Shown here: positions 14,550 through 28,126 of the stretch, in pieces
How positions within the stretch are numbered: position 1 is the stretch's first letter
Layout: every line of letters starts with the position of its first letter
Assembly (NCBI RefSeq): GCF_009914755.1
Contig: NC_060928.1
From: the human T2T-CHM13v2.0 reference genome, Homo sapiens
Reading direction: 5' to 3' (one strand)
DNA length: 64,000 bases
Made by a program: the position numbers and the translations under genes
Notes under the pieces: model-generated
Database searches by the model: none
What the model was told of the DNA's origin: nothing
The model's input: the letters and a program-made list of their open reading frames with translations, nothing else

Positions 14550-17500
14550 GGCTGTGCTTGTCCTTTCCTGTCCTTTACCTGCCACTGTGGGTTTTGTCCA
14601 AGGAAGCAGGTATGAGGGAATGAAGGGGTGGGGGGCGCAGAGGTGACATGTCCAGGTGGGGTGATGGGGGACCTCCGAGGTGCCAGCAAGGAGGAGGAGA
14701 AGAACATGGACGTTGGAATGAGCCAGGTTTAAACACAGCCTCTCTCCAGGGCTAGACTTGCCAGGTACAGTGTTGCCGCACAGCATTTGGGGCGCACTCA
14801 TACTAGGAAGTTGTCATGTATCTGAGATTCACATTTAACTGGGTATCCTGTATTTTTTTTTTTTCTAAATCTGGCAACTCCATTTATAGTCTCACTCTGC
14901 ACAGATTTAAAAACCACAAACAGAAGTAAATATCAAGTAGAGATAAAAAGGGAAAGTCAAATACAAATGGAAAGGAAGAATTGAGGAGGTTTGACCTTCA
15001 GTGTTCCAAAGATACTGAAATAGTGTTTGTTTCTGGAATCAGGAAGTTTCATCAGCTGTGGCGCACGGGGGTATCCTGGAGGGCTGTGGCCTCCGTGTGT
15101 CCTGTTCACTTTTCCTGAAGCCAGGTCATCACCAGGCCGGTGCCCAGAGTGAGCTCACAGGGCAGGCCCTGCTGGACTGACCGCAGGGTCAGGTTGGCGC
15201 CTGTGACGTGGCTTTGGGCCCTGGCCGTTGTGGTCTGGGGTGGGTGGGGTTGGGGGCTTGGCTCCCGCTCTTGTCTGAGTGTCTTTGTGGTGTGGTGCTT
15301 CTGCAGGATTGGAGTTTCTGGAGTTCACGTTGTGTGGCCTTCAAAACCACAGAGACACGGGCAGGTGGGGCCTGCTGTGCTCAGCCCCTCCCAGCCTCTT
15401 GTGACTGGTGGGCTCCGCTCCCCCTGCTTACAGAAGTGGTTCCTCCTGCCCCTTGCACGGGGGCCTGTGTGTGTGCCCACAGCACCACATCAGAAAGCCC
15501 CGGAAGGCTGTGGGGTGACGTCTCTGTGCATGAGAAGGGAGGCGCCCCAGGAGTGAACAGGCACAGCCGGAGTGTGGGGCCCCTGCTCTGTGGCTAGGTT
15601 CTCAGAGCCTAGAGGCTGGGGGTGTTGGAGGAGTCATTGGGGGCCTCAGGTAGGAGGTGAGCTATGAGCTGAGCCACAGAGTCGTGGGGGGAGGAGAGAG
15701 GGCCCGTTTCAAGAGAGAGTGATTTTTGCAAATGGTGTCCTCCTGCATGGCCTGGCCCTGCTGTGCACTGTGGCATTGGGCTGTCTTAACTGTCTGTGAC
15801 CCCGGGGCAGCTGGCCCTGGGAGTTCAGGACCGTCACTGGTTGCCTGTTCGTAGTTGCCCACCTGGAGCTGCTGCAGAAGCCACGAGACAGTTCTTGAAT
15901 GAATAAACGAATGAATGAGTGAGCAGGAAAATCATGGGGCCACGAGGAAGTGGGTCTGACCGAGGGGGATGTTGAGGTTTGGGGAGGGACCCAGTGAGAG
16001 AGCCTCAAGAGGCTGGACCCAGTGGGACAGGTGCTTGGGCAGGGATTAGGAAGTGGGGAAGGACAAAGCGCTGGCAGCTGTGGGCAGGAGGAGGGTGAGG
16101 GCAGGGTGGGCCGGCAAGTGGGGTACAGCGGGGAGTCCAGCAGGAGGTGTGGCCACCATGCAAGGTGAGCCTCGGTACGGCGACCTAGGCAGGGAGGATG
16201 TGGGAGGGCCTCCGACTGGATGGGGACACAGGTGACAGCCACAGGGCACCTGCTGGCTCCCCCAGTCTCACCTCTGTGGCCCTTGCTGGAGGACACTGGA
16301 ACCAGCAGTGCTGTATTTCAGCATCTGTGCAGATACTCTGTCCCTGGAGGCTCTTTTGCTTCATGGACTCTGGGTCCTTGGAGGATCCTGCAGAGTTTCC
16401 CCTCCTTGGGAGAAGCCCCCTCCTCTTCCTCAGCAACTTGAGCTTGCCCTGGTAGTGGGGGGAACAAGAGGAAGGAGGAACTAAGCCAGCTTGTCTCCCT
16501 GGGTGCCTGGCTTCCCCCCGCCCCACAGACCTGCCCCTGATGTGTTCTCTAGAAGTAAAACGGAGCTACAGAAGCTAAAGCCAGTGTTCACACTTTATGT
16601 GATTAGTATTAGTGTGATGTTAGCACAACTATTTCTTCAACTTTATATGACTTTCTGAATGCTACTTCCTTTTACTGTTGCTGGACTGTAATAGTATATA
16701 CCTTTTTCTCAAGTGTTCAAAGAAACGAAGCATTCTGAAAGTTGCCAGTCTTTAATTTCTTCTTTACCTCTTATTTCTTTCCCCTAATCATTCATGTTTG
16801 CCATACTTCTGAATTCTAAAAGCTGCATTAGTTTTTGAGTGAATTCTCTTGTAAGCACTGAGTCGCTGTGTTGCTGCCTAGCAATGTGTGGGATCTTTCT
16901 GAGACTGACAATGGAAGAGGAAGAAAGCGCATTTGCTCCATGAGGCCGGAATTGAGGCATTTAATGTGTGTGTCCCTGATGCTCAGCCTCTTGGTTTCTT
17001 TGGATTTGAAATGTTAAAACCTCAAGAAGTGACATTTATTAAAAACCCACGAAAAACTATGCATGATGACAAAATGCTGACCTGGGACATTTTATGTATT
17101 GTACTTTTCAGTTCAGCCTAATGTATTATTCAAAAACTATGCATATTTATTCAAAAACTACTCATAATGTTGGTGGCTGCTGACCTGCTGCCTAAACGTA
17201 GGTTATTAGTATTCAGATTCAGGAGACTAAAGCTACCCAGGAACTGAGACACTCTTGAGAACCAGGTAGTTTTTGTTAGTGGAAACGTGAGCTTTGAGGG
17301 AGGCCGCTTTCTCCCGGGAGTGTGCTGGTGGAGAGGGAGGCAGCTGGGGCTGCACTGTAGAGCCCGGACTGCAGTCAGCCAGCCTGGCTTTGAATCCTAA
17401 CTGCCTCCAGTCGTGGTGCTGGAGCCTCGGTTTCCTCATTTGTAAAACGGGATAATTAGACTTCGCTTGTGAGATTATGATCAGTTCGGCTTCTTTTTAG

Positions 17501-17689
17501 CCGCTTTTCCCCATTCTGTAGAGTTTGTCTCTGGTGTATCTGGTGTGATTTCCTTAATCACCTCCTCACAGAGTAGATTTCAGGGACCATTTTTGAAACT
17601 ACCTGCTTTACATTGCCACCTAGATATAAGTACAGCACCATTTTGTGCTTATAGCAGGAATGGCAGCAAGTCAAACGACCCTGGAGCTA

Positions 17690-18215
17690 TTTTGCATCAC
17701 GTGGCACGTTGGTTCGCTGCCGCTGTGCAGCACACTGCGTCTGTAGCTGCAAGGCTTCTGGGATCAGGAGTCCTGCCTGGTGAGGCTCACGCAGGGCTGT
17801 GATCAAGGCGTTGGCCAGGGCTGTGCGATGAGGATTCGTTTCCATGCACACTCATGAGGCTGCTGGCAGCCTCAGAAGATCCATTTCCAGGGTCGCTAAT
17901 ATCGCTGTTAGAAGACCTCACATCCCTGCTGGCTGTTGGCCAGAGACATCCATTCCTTGTCACGTGGGCGGCTTCCTTGGGCAGCTCACAGCCAGGCAGT
18001 GACTTCCCTGAGAGGGAGTGAGGGAGAGCATGAGCGAGACGAAAGCCATGGTCTTTTGAAAACCTCATCTTGGAAGTGACATCCTATCTCTTTTGCACAT
18101 TCTGTTTGTTAGAAGCGAGTCACTAGGTCCAGCCTACACCCCAGTGGAGGGACTGCAGGGGCAGGATGACCAGGAGGTGGTGTCATGGGGGCCATCTCAG
18201 AGACCACCTGTCACT
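17690..18215 (-). mobile_element. MaLR LTR (MLT1-like)
   Basis: ggaagtgacatcctatctcttttgcacattctgtttgttagaagcgagtcactaggtccagcc motif. Confidence 0.6.
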
Positions 18216-21200
18216 GTGCACCTGCTGGTCCCAGAGATTCATGTCCCTCCCATGTACAAAATACACTCCCCGCAAGGTCCTTCCATGACAGCATCTGCTC
18301 AGAGTCCCGCGTCATCCTCTAAACTGGCTCTAGGTGGGCTGAGATGCAGCTCCTGGGGTGCACGGTACCCCGGTCTATTGACCTGAACTAGAGAGACACG
18401 CCGTCAGCTCATCCAACCACAGCCACGGTGCCATCATGGCAAGCACCACAGGCCAGACCTTCCTGTTCAAAATGAGGGAAAATGGAGGCAGGAAGGAGCC
18501 TCAGGTGTGCCTCACTTCCGAGACCCAGCCTGGCAGATGGTGGCAGTTCAGAGGCAGGAAGGAGCTCAGGTGGGCCTCACTTCCGAGACCCAGCCTGGCA
18601 GATGGTGGCAGTTCCTTGTTCAAGTGTCATGATTTGGGACTGATAACTGTCCCTCTGCCCTTGGAGGCTTTGATTCCTCTCTCTGACTCATGCTTTCCTT
18701 TGTTTGAAACACAGCAGCTGCTTGCAGTTGAGTTGTTTTCTCAGCCTGCTTCCTGCTGATAGGATTTCGGGGTCCAGCACCCACTTTTTATTTTGTACTG
18801 CCTCTGACCCTTGTAGTTCAAGCTGGCAGTGATAGTTCTAACTTTATGGGCCTCCTGGGAGTCTCACTGGTGTCCATTCCATCAGGCACGAGCCATACCT
18901 GGCATCCCTCTGAGATGAGCCCTGCTCTGCCTTGGGGTCCTGAAGGGTGAGGACTAATGCCCATAAGCTTCTCAGGGCCTGGCTATTCCATGAGAGGCTG
19001 TGAGGCCCACCCTTCGTCTCTTTACAGAGGCTCCAGCCATCTTGTTGGTGCTCAGCACACAGCACCATTGTCTTGATGTCACATGCACAGCAGGCTTGCC
19101 TTGGACAGAAGCGGAAGGAGGAGCTGGCTGGCTGGAGCATTGGGGGCCGCCTGGCAGTGGGCTGCTCAGAGGAGAGTCAGTGGCAGGAGGTGCGATGACG
19201 ATGACATGAGTTTAGAGGAGGGTGTGGAGACGAGGAGACGGATGCAGGTATCACTCCACCATGGGGAGTGTGAGTGTGGGGGCAAAGGCTGATTTGGGAA
19301 GTCCCGCTCGATAAGCGGCACAGCCTTTCCACCCCTGTTTCATCTAAATTTCTTTAGCATAACTGGAGTTGAATATTTGGGCTCCTGTCCTGCCTTGCTT
19401 GTAGACATGTGGCACCCTCTGCTCCTCAGTCAGGCACTGGCCTTGATGACATTTCCTTCCTTAAACACAAATAGCTGTTGGTCTGCTCCGGCACCGAAGC
19501 CTCAGGATCACTGCACAGGGCCTGGGGAGGCAGTAACTGGTGCAGGGGACCGAGCAGGGAGCAGAGAGTGGTCCCGGGTGTCTGAGCCCACCCTCTGTGG
19601 CACTCTGCTTCTGTTTGGGTAGGGAATGTCCTGGGGGACGCTGGTGGGTGGGAACAACACAGCTCTTGCCTTGTGAACCCGGCAAGTAGCAACAGCCCTC
19701 ACTGGAGGAGCTGGGTTGGGCTGGGTAGAGGGGTGATGGGGTGATGGGGTTTGGGGTCAGGGAGTGACGGTGGATTCCAGGTGCTTTTTTGGAGGCTTCT
19801 TCCTAGCTCCTCATTTTAGGCAACTAAGCAATGTGCCAGGGTGGGTTTTCGTCAGTTTCCGATGTTTGGTTTCCTTCTCATCACATCACTCTCTTTTCTG
19901 AGTTGGTGCTGACCAAGTTTGTTGTTGATGGATGTGGGGTTTGGAGTGAGCCCATCGTTCACACCTCTTAACTGCCTCCCCCCACAAGCTTAGGAGCTTT
20001 ATGGGATGTGTTGCCGCTGGCTGCTTTTCTGGTCCTAGGATACGGCCTTTGCCGACGTGTTGCCGCCGGCTGCTTTTCCGGTCCTGGGATACGGCCTTTG
20101 CCGACGCACCTTGCTCTTAGGCAGACTGTCTTGGACATGAGCCCGCGCACCGCTGGGGACAGGCCACGCTGCGGCAGCGTGTGCACACGGCATGAGGTCC
20201 GTCTCCACCAAGCCAGCCTGGGGTGGGATGCTGTGGGTCTGAAGAGAGGAGGCCAGGTAGATTTTCGTAAAACTAGGAGTTATTTATTTTATTCATGATT
20301 ATGATGGCCTTTATGTAAAACTTCATCAACCCTCTTACTTTTACTTTTTTAGTACAAAAAAGTTCTTTTTAGAAAATGTAGAAAACATGCACAGAAATAA
20401 TTACATTCAGACACTTGAGAAAGTCAAGAATGTTTCAGTCAAATAGGTTCTTGGCACCCTTCCCTCCTCCCCTCACTCGGCAGGCGTGGATCGCGCACCT
20501 GCCCTGGGCCGTGGGTGTGCCAGCCTCGAGGCCTCGTGGCCCCTGCTCGTGCCTAGAACTGTGCCTGGCATGGAGAGAGCGCTCCCCACTGTGAAGTGTG
20601 TGGACAGATGGCAGCCTGTTTCCTTGTGTTAGCAGAACTCCTTTAAGTGCCCTGGTGTTTGGGCGGGAGACGCGAAATTCTACACTCAGAAGGTCCTGCC
20701 TGACAAACAGTCCTTTTAAAAAGGGTCCTTCCTTCTTTCTTCCCAAAGTTCCAAAAAGTCTCTTAGAAAGAGCAGGGCATATTTTCCTTACCTGGTGTAT
20801 TTGGGTTCCAGCCAGACTCACCAGGATGACTGGGGGCGCCTGGGCAGAGGAAGCGTGCAGGGGCTTAGGAAGCATGGCTGGTGTTTGTGCGATTCTTGGA
20901 GTGGTGCCTTGGTGAGCTGCCCCAGGACCATGCGGTCAGGTGTGCGGGCAGCTCTGGGCCCAGGGGCCGTGTGCACAGTGCCCGTCCATCTGGTGCTGCT
21001 AGGGCCCTGGCCCTGAGCTGGTTGGGGAATTGCAGGTCTGCGTCTGCTGTGTTCCTCCCAACGCCTGCAGCACCCCAATTTTTGGCCAGACAGGGCCGGT
21101 GCACTTCAGGAGGTGAACAGAAAGAAACACATGTGACGATCTCAACAGCCGGCGTTAGTAAGAGGCTGTGTCCTCGACGCGAGGGATTCTGTTCACTGTC

Positions 21201-21832
21201 ACAGGACTCAGGGCAGGTTTAGATGTGAAGCGTGTTGGCTCGGCGCTCCTCTTGCTGCAGGCGGGCCGTGGCACTGAAATGGCGAGGCACCCTCCCCGTT
21301 TGCAGATTGTAAGTCTTGGAGCGGGGCTAGCGATTCGTACTTATTTCCGCGGGCGGCTGGGGTGCGAGGTGTATGGGGAGAACAGCTGGTCTGTGGTGCT
21401 GCGTGCTCTGGGTGGCCTGTGCAGCCCTGTGATGGTCTCCCCAGGCCACCACCTGGCTGCCTAAGGCCCACGCACCTGCAGGCTCTGTGTTCTTAGGTGT
21501 CTGGTGGCAGATTCTCATGCCTTTGTGTGAGACTTGTCTTTTTCTTCTGAAAGTTTTGTGGGACTTTTTTCATCTCCCTGCTCAGGGCTTGGTGGGCCCT
21601 TTGCATTCGAAGATTCTTGTCTGCCTTTAGCTCTGGGAAGCGGCTGGCGCCGTTCAGGGCTGGGAGCCGCTCTGTCAGGATTGTGCTGTCATCTGTTGCA
21701 TCCCGGGTTACCTGTGCCCTCCCAGGCCCTTTGTTGAAGGCTGAGAGGTCTTCCTGGAAGGGACTGTTTTCCTTATGTTGCAGCCTGAGCCTGCGTGGAG
21801 TCCCAGACGCGGTCGGCACTCGCAGCACTGCT

Positions 21833-23531
21833 GAATGGCAGGTGTCCGCTGAGGGGAACCGGGCAGGGGAGGAGCTGGGACCTGGGAATGGCAGGTGTCC
21901 TCTGAGGAGAGCTGAGCAGGAGAGGAGCTGGGACTCGGGAATGGCAGGTGTCTGCTGAGGGGAACCGTGTTGAGGAGGAGCTGGGACTCGGGAATGGCAG
22001 GTGTCTGCTGAGGAGAACCGGGTGGGAGAGGAGCTGGGATCCGGGAATGGCAGGTGTCCGCTGAGGGGAACCGTGCAGGGGAGGAGCTGGGACCCTGGAA
22101 TGGCAGGTGTCCGCTGAGGGGAACCGTGCAGGGGAGGAGCTGGGACCCAGGAATGGCAGGTGTCCGCTGAGGGGAACCGTGTGGGGGAGGAGCTGGGACC
22201 CGGGAATGGCAGGTGTCCTCTGAGGAGAGCTGAGCAGGAGAGGAGCTGGGGCCTGGGAATGGCAGGTGTCTGCTGAGGGGAACTGTGTTGAGGAGGAGCT
22301 GGGACCTGGGAATGGCAGGTGTCCTCTGAGGGGAACCGTGTTGAGGAGGAGCTGGGACCCGGGAATGGCAGGTGTCCTCTGAGGAGAGCTGAGCAGGAGA
22401 GGAGCTGGGACTCGGGAATGGCAGGTGTCCGCTGAGGGGAACCGTGCTGGGGAGGAGCTGGGACCCTGGAATGGCAGGTGTCTGCTGAGGGGAACCGTGC
22501 AGGGGAGGAGCTGGGACCTGGGAATGGCAGGTGTCCTCTGAGGAGAGCTGAGCAGGAGAGGAGCTGGGACTCGGGAATGGCAGGTGTCTGCTGAGGGGAA
22601 CCGTGTTGAGGAGGAGCTGGGACTTGGGAATGGCAGGTGTCTGCTGAGAACTGGGTGGGAGAGGAGCTGGGATCCGGGAATGGCAGGTGTCCGCTGAGGG
22701 GAACCGTGCAGGGGAGGAGCTGGGACCCTGGAATGGCAGGTGTCCGCTGAGGGGAACCGTGCAGGGGAGGAGCTGGGACCCTGGAATGGCAGGTGTCCGC
22801 TGAGGGGAACCGTGCAGGGGAGGAGCTGGGACCCGGGAATGACAGGTGTCCGCTGAGGGGAACCGTGTGGGGGAGGAGCTGGGACCCGGGAAATGGCAGG
22901 TGTCCTCTGAGGGGAACCGTGTGGGGGAGGAGCTGGGACCCGGGAAATGGCAGGTGTCCTCTGAGGAGAGCTGAGCAGGAGAGGAGCTGGGGCCTGGGAA
23001 TGGCAGGTGTCTGCTGAGGGGAACTGTGTTGAGGAGGAGCTGGGACCCGGGAATGGCAGGTGTCCGCTGAGGGGAACCGTGTGGGGGAGGAGCTGGGACC
23101 CGGGAAATGGCAGGTGTCCTCTGAGGGGAACCGTGTGGGGGAGGAGCTGGGACCCGGGAAATGGCAGGTGTCCTCTGAGGAGAGCTGAGCAGGAGAGGAG
23201 CTGGGGCCTGGAAATGGCAGGTGTCTGCTGAGGGGAAATGTGTTGAGGAGGAGCTGGGACCTGGGAATGGCAGGTGTCCGCTGAGGGGAACCGTGTGGGG
23301 GAGGAGCTGGGACCCGGGAAATGGCAGGTGTCCTCTGAGGGGAACCGTGTTGAGGAGGAGCTGGGACCCGGGAATGGCAGGTGTCTGCTGAGGGGAACCG
23401 TGTTGAGGAGGAGCTGGGACCCGGGAATGGCAGGTGTCCGCTGAGGGGAACCGTGTCGGGGAGGAGCTGGGACCCGGGAAATGGCAGGTGTCCTCTGAGG
23501 GGAACCGGGCGGGAGAGGAGCTGGGGCCTGG
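21833..23531. repeat. Large VNTR, ~52-54-bp unit (GAATGGCAGGTGTCCGCTGAGGGGAACCGTGTGGGGGAGGAGCTGGGACCCGG) x 32
   Basis: Counted 32 units, each beginning (G/A)AATG(G/A)CAGGTGTC, with several interspersed variant types. Confidence 0.96.
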
Positions 23532-24694
23532 AAGGCCAAGGCAAGGGCTGTCTCCAGTCCACGCTGCACCCCAAGAAGGGAAGTGTGGAGAGGTATTGAC
23601 TGGTGGCTCAGTAAAATGGCCTGGAAGTGGCCTTGGTGATTCCAGAATCTGCCAGCTCACTCCCTTTGGCACCGTGTCCTGCTGTGTCCAGGGCGGGCAG
23701 GTCCATGCTGCTCTGGGTCCAGGGAAGGTCTGGGAAGAGTGGCCAGGGACTTGGAGGGCCTCTCAGGTGAATGATGGGAGGTGGCTGGATGCAGGGATGG
23801 CCAGTGCGGGTCTGCATGGGGCGGGTATCAGATCGTCTGGTGTGTGTGTCCCTGATGAGGTGGGAGGGGGGTGCCAGGTGGGTGTTCGGCAGCTGTGGGC
23901 ACTGTGAGGTGGTGGTGGGGGGAGGCTGCTGGGACATGATGACTATGGGAGGGTGTGAGGTGGGCAGGCGCCTGCGGGGGCAGGTCCCAGGTGGAGAAGG
24001 TGGCGTGGTGTCTTGCTGTCTCAGGCCCTTCCTCTGTGCATCCACGTAAGTGTGGGTAAGCCAAGAATAGCCTGGGTTCAAATCCACCTTTGCCGTTAAT
24101 TGGCTGTGTGCTGGTAGACAAGTTACTTAGCTTCTCTGTGCCCCCACTCCCTCATCTGCACGCGAGAATTGTAACAGAGCCTTCCTCAGAGCGATGATGG
24201 TGTTTAGGATGACATGCGCTGCACAGCAAGTCCTGGCCGTGGCGGCTGCCATTGCAGCCCGTGGGGTCACCCTGGAGGCCGTGATTGCTGATGTTGTGCT
24301 GTTCTTGTGCCTTGCTCTCTTCTTCTCGGTGCCCCCAGACTCTCTCTGCCTTCGGAGGACGGCGTCTCTCTCGCCTCACACTGTGTGCACGGGCAGTGCG
24401 GACGGGTGCTGGCTTGGTCTTTCCAGCCCTGCCTCGCTCGGGGCCTGCTGCATCGTAGCTCAGGCCTAGGACCCATCTCTGTACCTGCAGGTCTTGGGTG
24501 CTGCCCGGCATGAGTGGAGGAGTTTATCAGAACAGGACCTTTTATAGGAGGTTTTAACTTTAGAAGGGAATAGAAAAGTGTCATGGCAGCAATATTTATT
24601 TCTAGATCACCCTGAGTTTTTTTTCTTTGTTTTGTTTTATTGTCCTCTTTACACCATGAGTTTTTAATGATGAATGAGTGAAGGAGTGACAGTG

Positions 24695-25024
24695 CGGGTT
24701 GAGCATCCCTTATCCAGATGCTCCAGAATCGGAAACCCTCTGACACCGATGTGGCACCTCAGGCATAGCTGAGCTAGTGACACCTTTGCTTTCTCATGGG
24801 TCAGTGTACACAAACCTTGTTTCATGCACAAAATTATCAAAAGTACCGCACAAAATTACCCTCAGGCTGTGTGTATAAGGTGTATATGAAACATAAATGA
24901 ATTTCCTGTTCAGACCTGGGTCCTATCCAAACATATCTCATTACGTATATACAGATGTTCCGAATCAGAAAAAATCCACAGCCCTTCTGGTCCCAAAAAT
25001 CTCTTCTAAGGGACACTCAGCCTG
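24695..25024. mobile_element. Tigger4/MER46-type non-autonomous DNA transposon
   Basis: Terminal inverted repeats CGGGTTGAGCATCCCTTA … TAAGGGACACTCAGCCTG and characteristic internal sequence. Confidence 0.8.
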
Positions 25025-25454
25025 TGTGACGTGGTCGGTGACTCCTGATGGGAGGTGGCAGTGCTGTGCGGCGAGTGGGGACCTTCGTGTCACATCCCAT
25101 CTGTGCCTCAGGGCTTGGATGAATTACTTCTGGCTGGACCTTGTTCCCTTTTCCACACAGTGAAGAGGCTGGGTTAAATGATCTCCAGTCAAGGTGATTC
25201 AGAGTTAGCTGGAAGGTGTGTAGGGGGAAGTTGGAGCTTCCTGGCCTTGCCCCAGACTTACTAAGTCAGAGTCCCTGGGAGGTGCAGGGGCTTGGGAGCA
25301 GGCGTTCTTACTGGTAGCCCCGATGGTGTAATGGAAGTTCAGCTGGAATCCAGTACCCCATGGTCTTCTAAATTTCACTGTCTGTTCTGCTAGCTTTACT
25401 ATTAATTGATACAGTTTTAAAAAAAATTAAACTATAAGCTGAACTTATGTGATT

Positions 25455-26250
25455 ATTTTGGGAGGCCAAGGTGGGAGGATTGCTTGAGGTCAGAAGTTTG
25501 AGACTAGTCTGGGCAACATAGTGAGACCTCGTCTACAGAAAAATTAAAACATTAGCCAAGGTTCACTGGGTGTCTTCTCCTTGGCCCCTTTGCCCACGTG
25601 GTGAACACTGTGGACCTGTGAGGGTGTGAGGGTTGCGTTCCTGCGTTCTGGACTCTTTACCCACTACTGAGAAGCAGCCGTTTGAAATATGAGTTGGCAA
25701 GGAAGATCAGCATGTAGGCTTAGACCAAGACGGTATGTGCAGCCTCCTGAGCTAACTGGGCCTGTGCTTGAGCCCAGTGATGAGCAGCCTCAGCAAGAGG
25801 AACCACCACCTGAAAGTCGGGGTCTTACCTGGCCAGGAGAGAGAGGAAGATCACGGTGCTGCTGAGATTCTTGTGCTTGACCAGGAAGCTGATCTCCGGG
25901 AGCTGTCTCAAAGACTGGGATGAATGTGGAGATGGTCCTGATGTCCGGGGAATATTCTGCCGAAATCAGAGCAATTTAAATTGCCAGAAGGAGGTGAAGG
26001 GCAACCACAGGTTCCAAGGAAGACAAGCTGAAACAATGCAAACTGGTTTTATATTAGATACGTGACTTAAAATATCTCAATACAGTTTTCTCCAAAAAAA
26101 AAAAAATAGTTAGCCGAGTATGGGGGTGTGCTTGGTATGGCTTGAGCCCAGGAGTGAGTTTGAGGCTGCACCGAGCAATGACTGTGCCACTGCACTCCAG
26201 TCTGGGCAATGGAGTGAGACCCTGTCTCTAAAAAATAAAAACAAAGAAAC
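25455..26250 (+). mobile_element. AluJ-like element split by the XAGE retrocopy (left arm 25455-25560, right arm 26110-26250)
   Basis: Alu left arm runs to the A-rich linker; the right arm resumes after the pseudogene poly(A). Confidence 0.85.
25561..26107 (+). pseudogene. Processed pseudogene of the XAGE/GAGE cancer-testis family (XAGE3/XAGE5-like)
   Basis: ATG at 25689 gives MSWQGRSACRLRPRRYVQPPELTGPVLEPSDEQPQQEEPPPESR. After frameshifts it continues PGQEREEDHGAAEI..EADLRELSQ..DECGDGPDV..ILPKSEQFKLPEGGEGQPQV. Intronless, with AATACA signal, poly(A) at 26094-26107 and TSD-like TTAGCC(A/G)AG on both sides. Confidence 0.9.
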
Positions 26251-26674
26251 GTGATTATAGATAATAAGATATTACTTACATGAGTTACAAACCATTTCTT
26301 TTTAATAAGCAGAGGCCCATGACAGTAAGAGTCTAGTAGAAAAATTGGGTGGACTGCATAGAAGACATTGTCCATCATTATGTCACACAGTGTGAGGCGG
26401 ATGGTGCGAATAAACCGGGAAGTCATGTCTTTCATTGAGGCAGCATCTATTCCTGTTTGGAAGAGAAAGCCGAGAGGTGTTCTGTTCCCCGAGGAAGCCA
26501 TCAAGGCTTCATGACCTGCTGTCCTGGGGCTGTTCACAGTGATAGCTGGCACTTGCCGGGAACAGCAGCACCTTTGTTGTGTGACAGATGCTTTTCTGAG
26601 CGTGCTTTAGTGAGACCGTTTCACGCATGTCCTGCTTTCCCTCTCCCCTCACCCGTGACAAAGTGATTCCCCCT

Positions 26675-27100
26675 TGTATTTGTTTCCTGGGGTTGCTGAA
26701 AGAAATTACTGCAAACTGGGGGGCTTAAGACAACACACATTCATTCTCCTGCGTTTTCGGGGGCCTCGTGTCTGCAGTCAGTGTGACCTGGCTGATGGCA
26801 GGTGTGGCAGAGCTGGTTCCTCTGGTGACTTTAAGTCTGCTTCCTTCACCTTTCCGGCTTCTGGAGGTGACCGCCTGCCCGTCTGCCTGGGCTCGAGACC
26901 CATCCTTGAATCCCTGCAGTCTCCGCATCCTTCCTCATGTGGCCGTCCCCTCTGGCTCTGACCCCAGGCTCACACAGGCGCACCCCACACTCTCCCCATC
27001 TCTAGAGCCTTCACGTGGTCACGTGGATGGGAGGAGCCATCCAAAAGCTTGGGAGTGAGGATGTGGGTGTATCAGGGGCCATCAGCCAGCCTGTCACACC
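26675..27100 (-). mobile_element. MaLR LTR (MLT1-like)
   Basis: tgtatttgtttcctggggttgctgaaagaaattactgcaaactggggggcttaagacaaca start motif; ends at cagcctgtcaca. Confidence 0.7.
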
Positions 27101-27323
27101 TCTTAAGAAGATCGATCCCCAGACGTGTTTCTTGGCCAACTTTTACATTTATTTATTTATTTTTTAATGATGATTTTTAATAATTTTTAATTATTAAAAA
27201 ATTATAAAATAATTTTAATTATTTTATTTTTTAAATTCATTTTTTAATGATTTTAAATAGTTAAATGCCCAGTCCTAATATTTAAATTATTAATACAGTA
27301 CTACTTAGATATTGAGTAATGTA

Positions 27324-28126
<803 letters not shown>

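Noticed and set aside
21833-23531. CRISPR-like look (constant GAATGGCAGGTGTC with a variable middle)
   Set aside because: The variable parts are homologous unit variants, not unique spacers; eukaryotic intron, no cas genes.
21493-23672. Three overlapping 598-693 aa minus-strand ORFs
   Set aside because: Products of the 53-bp VNTR, whose minus strand lacks stop codons; repetitive translations in all frames, no domain.
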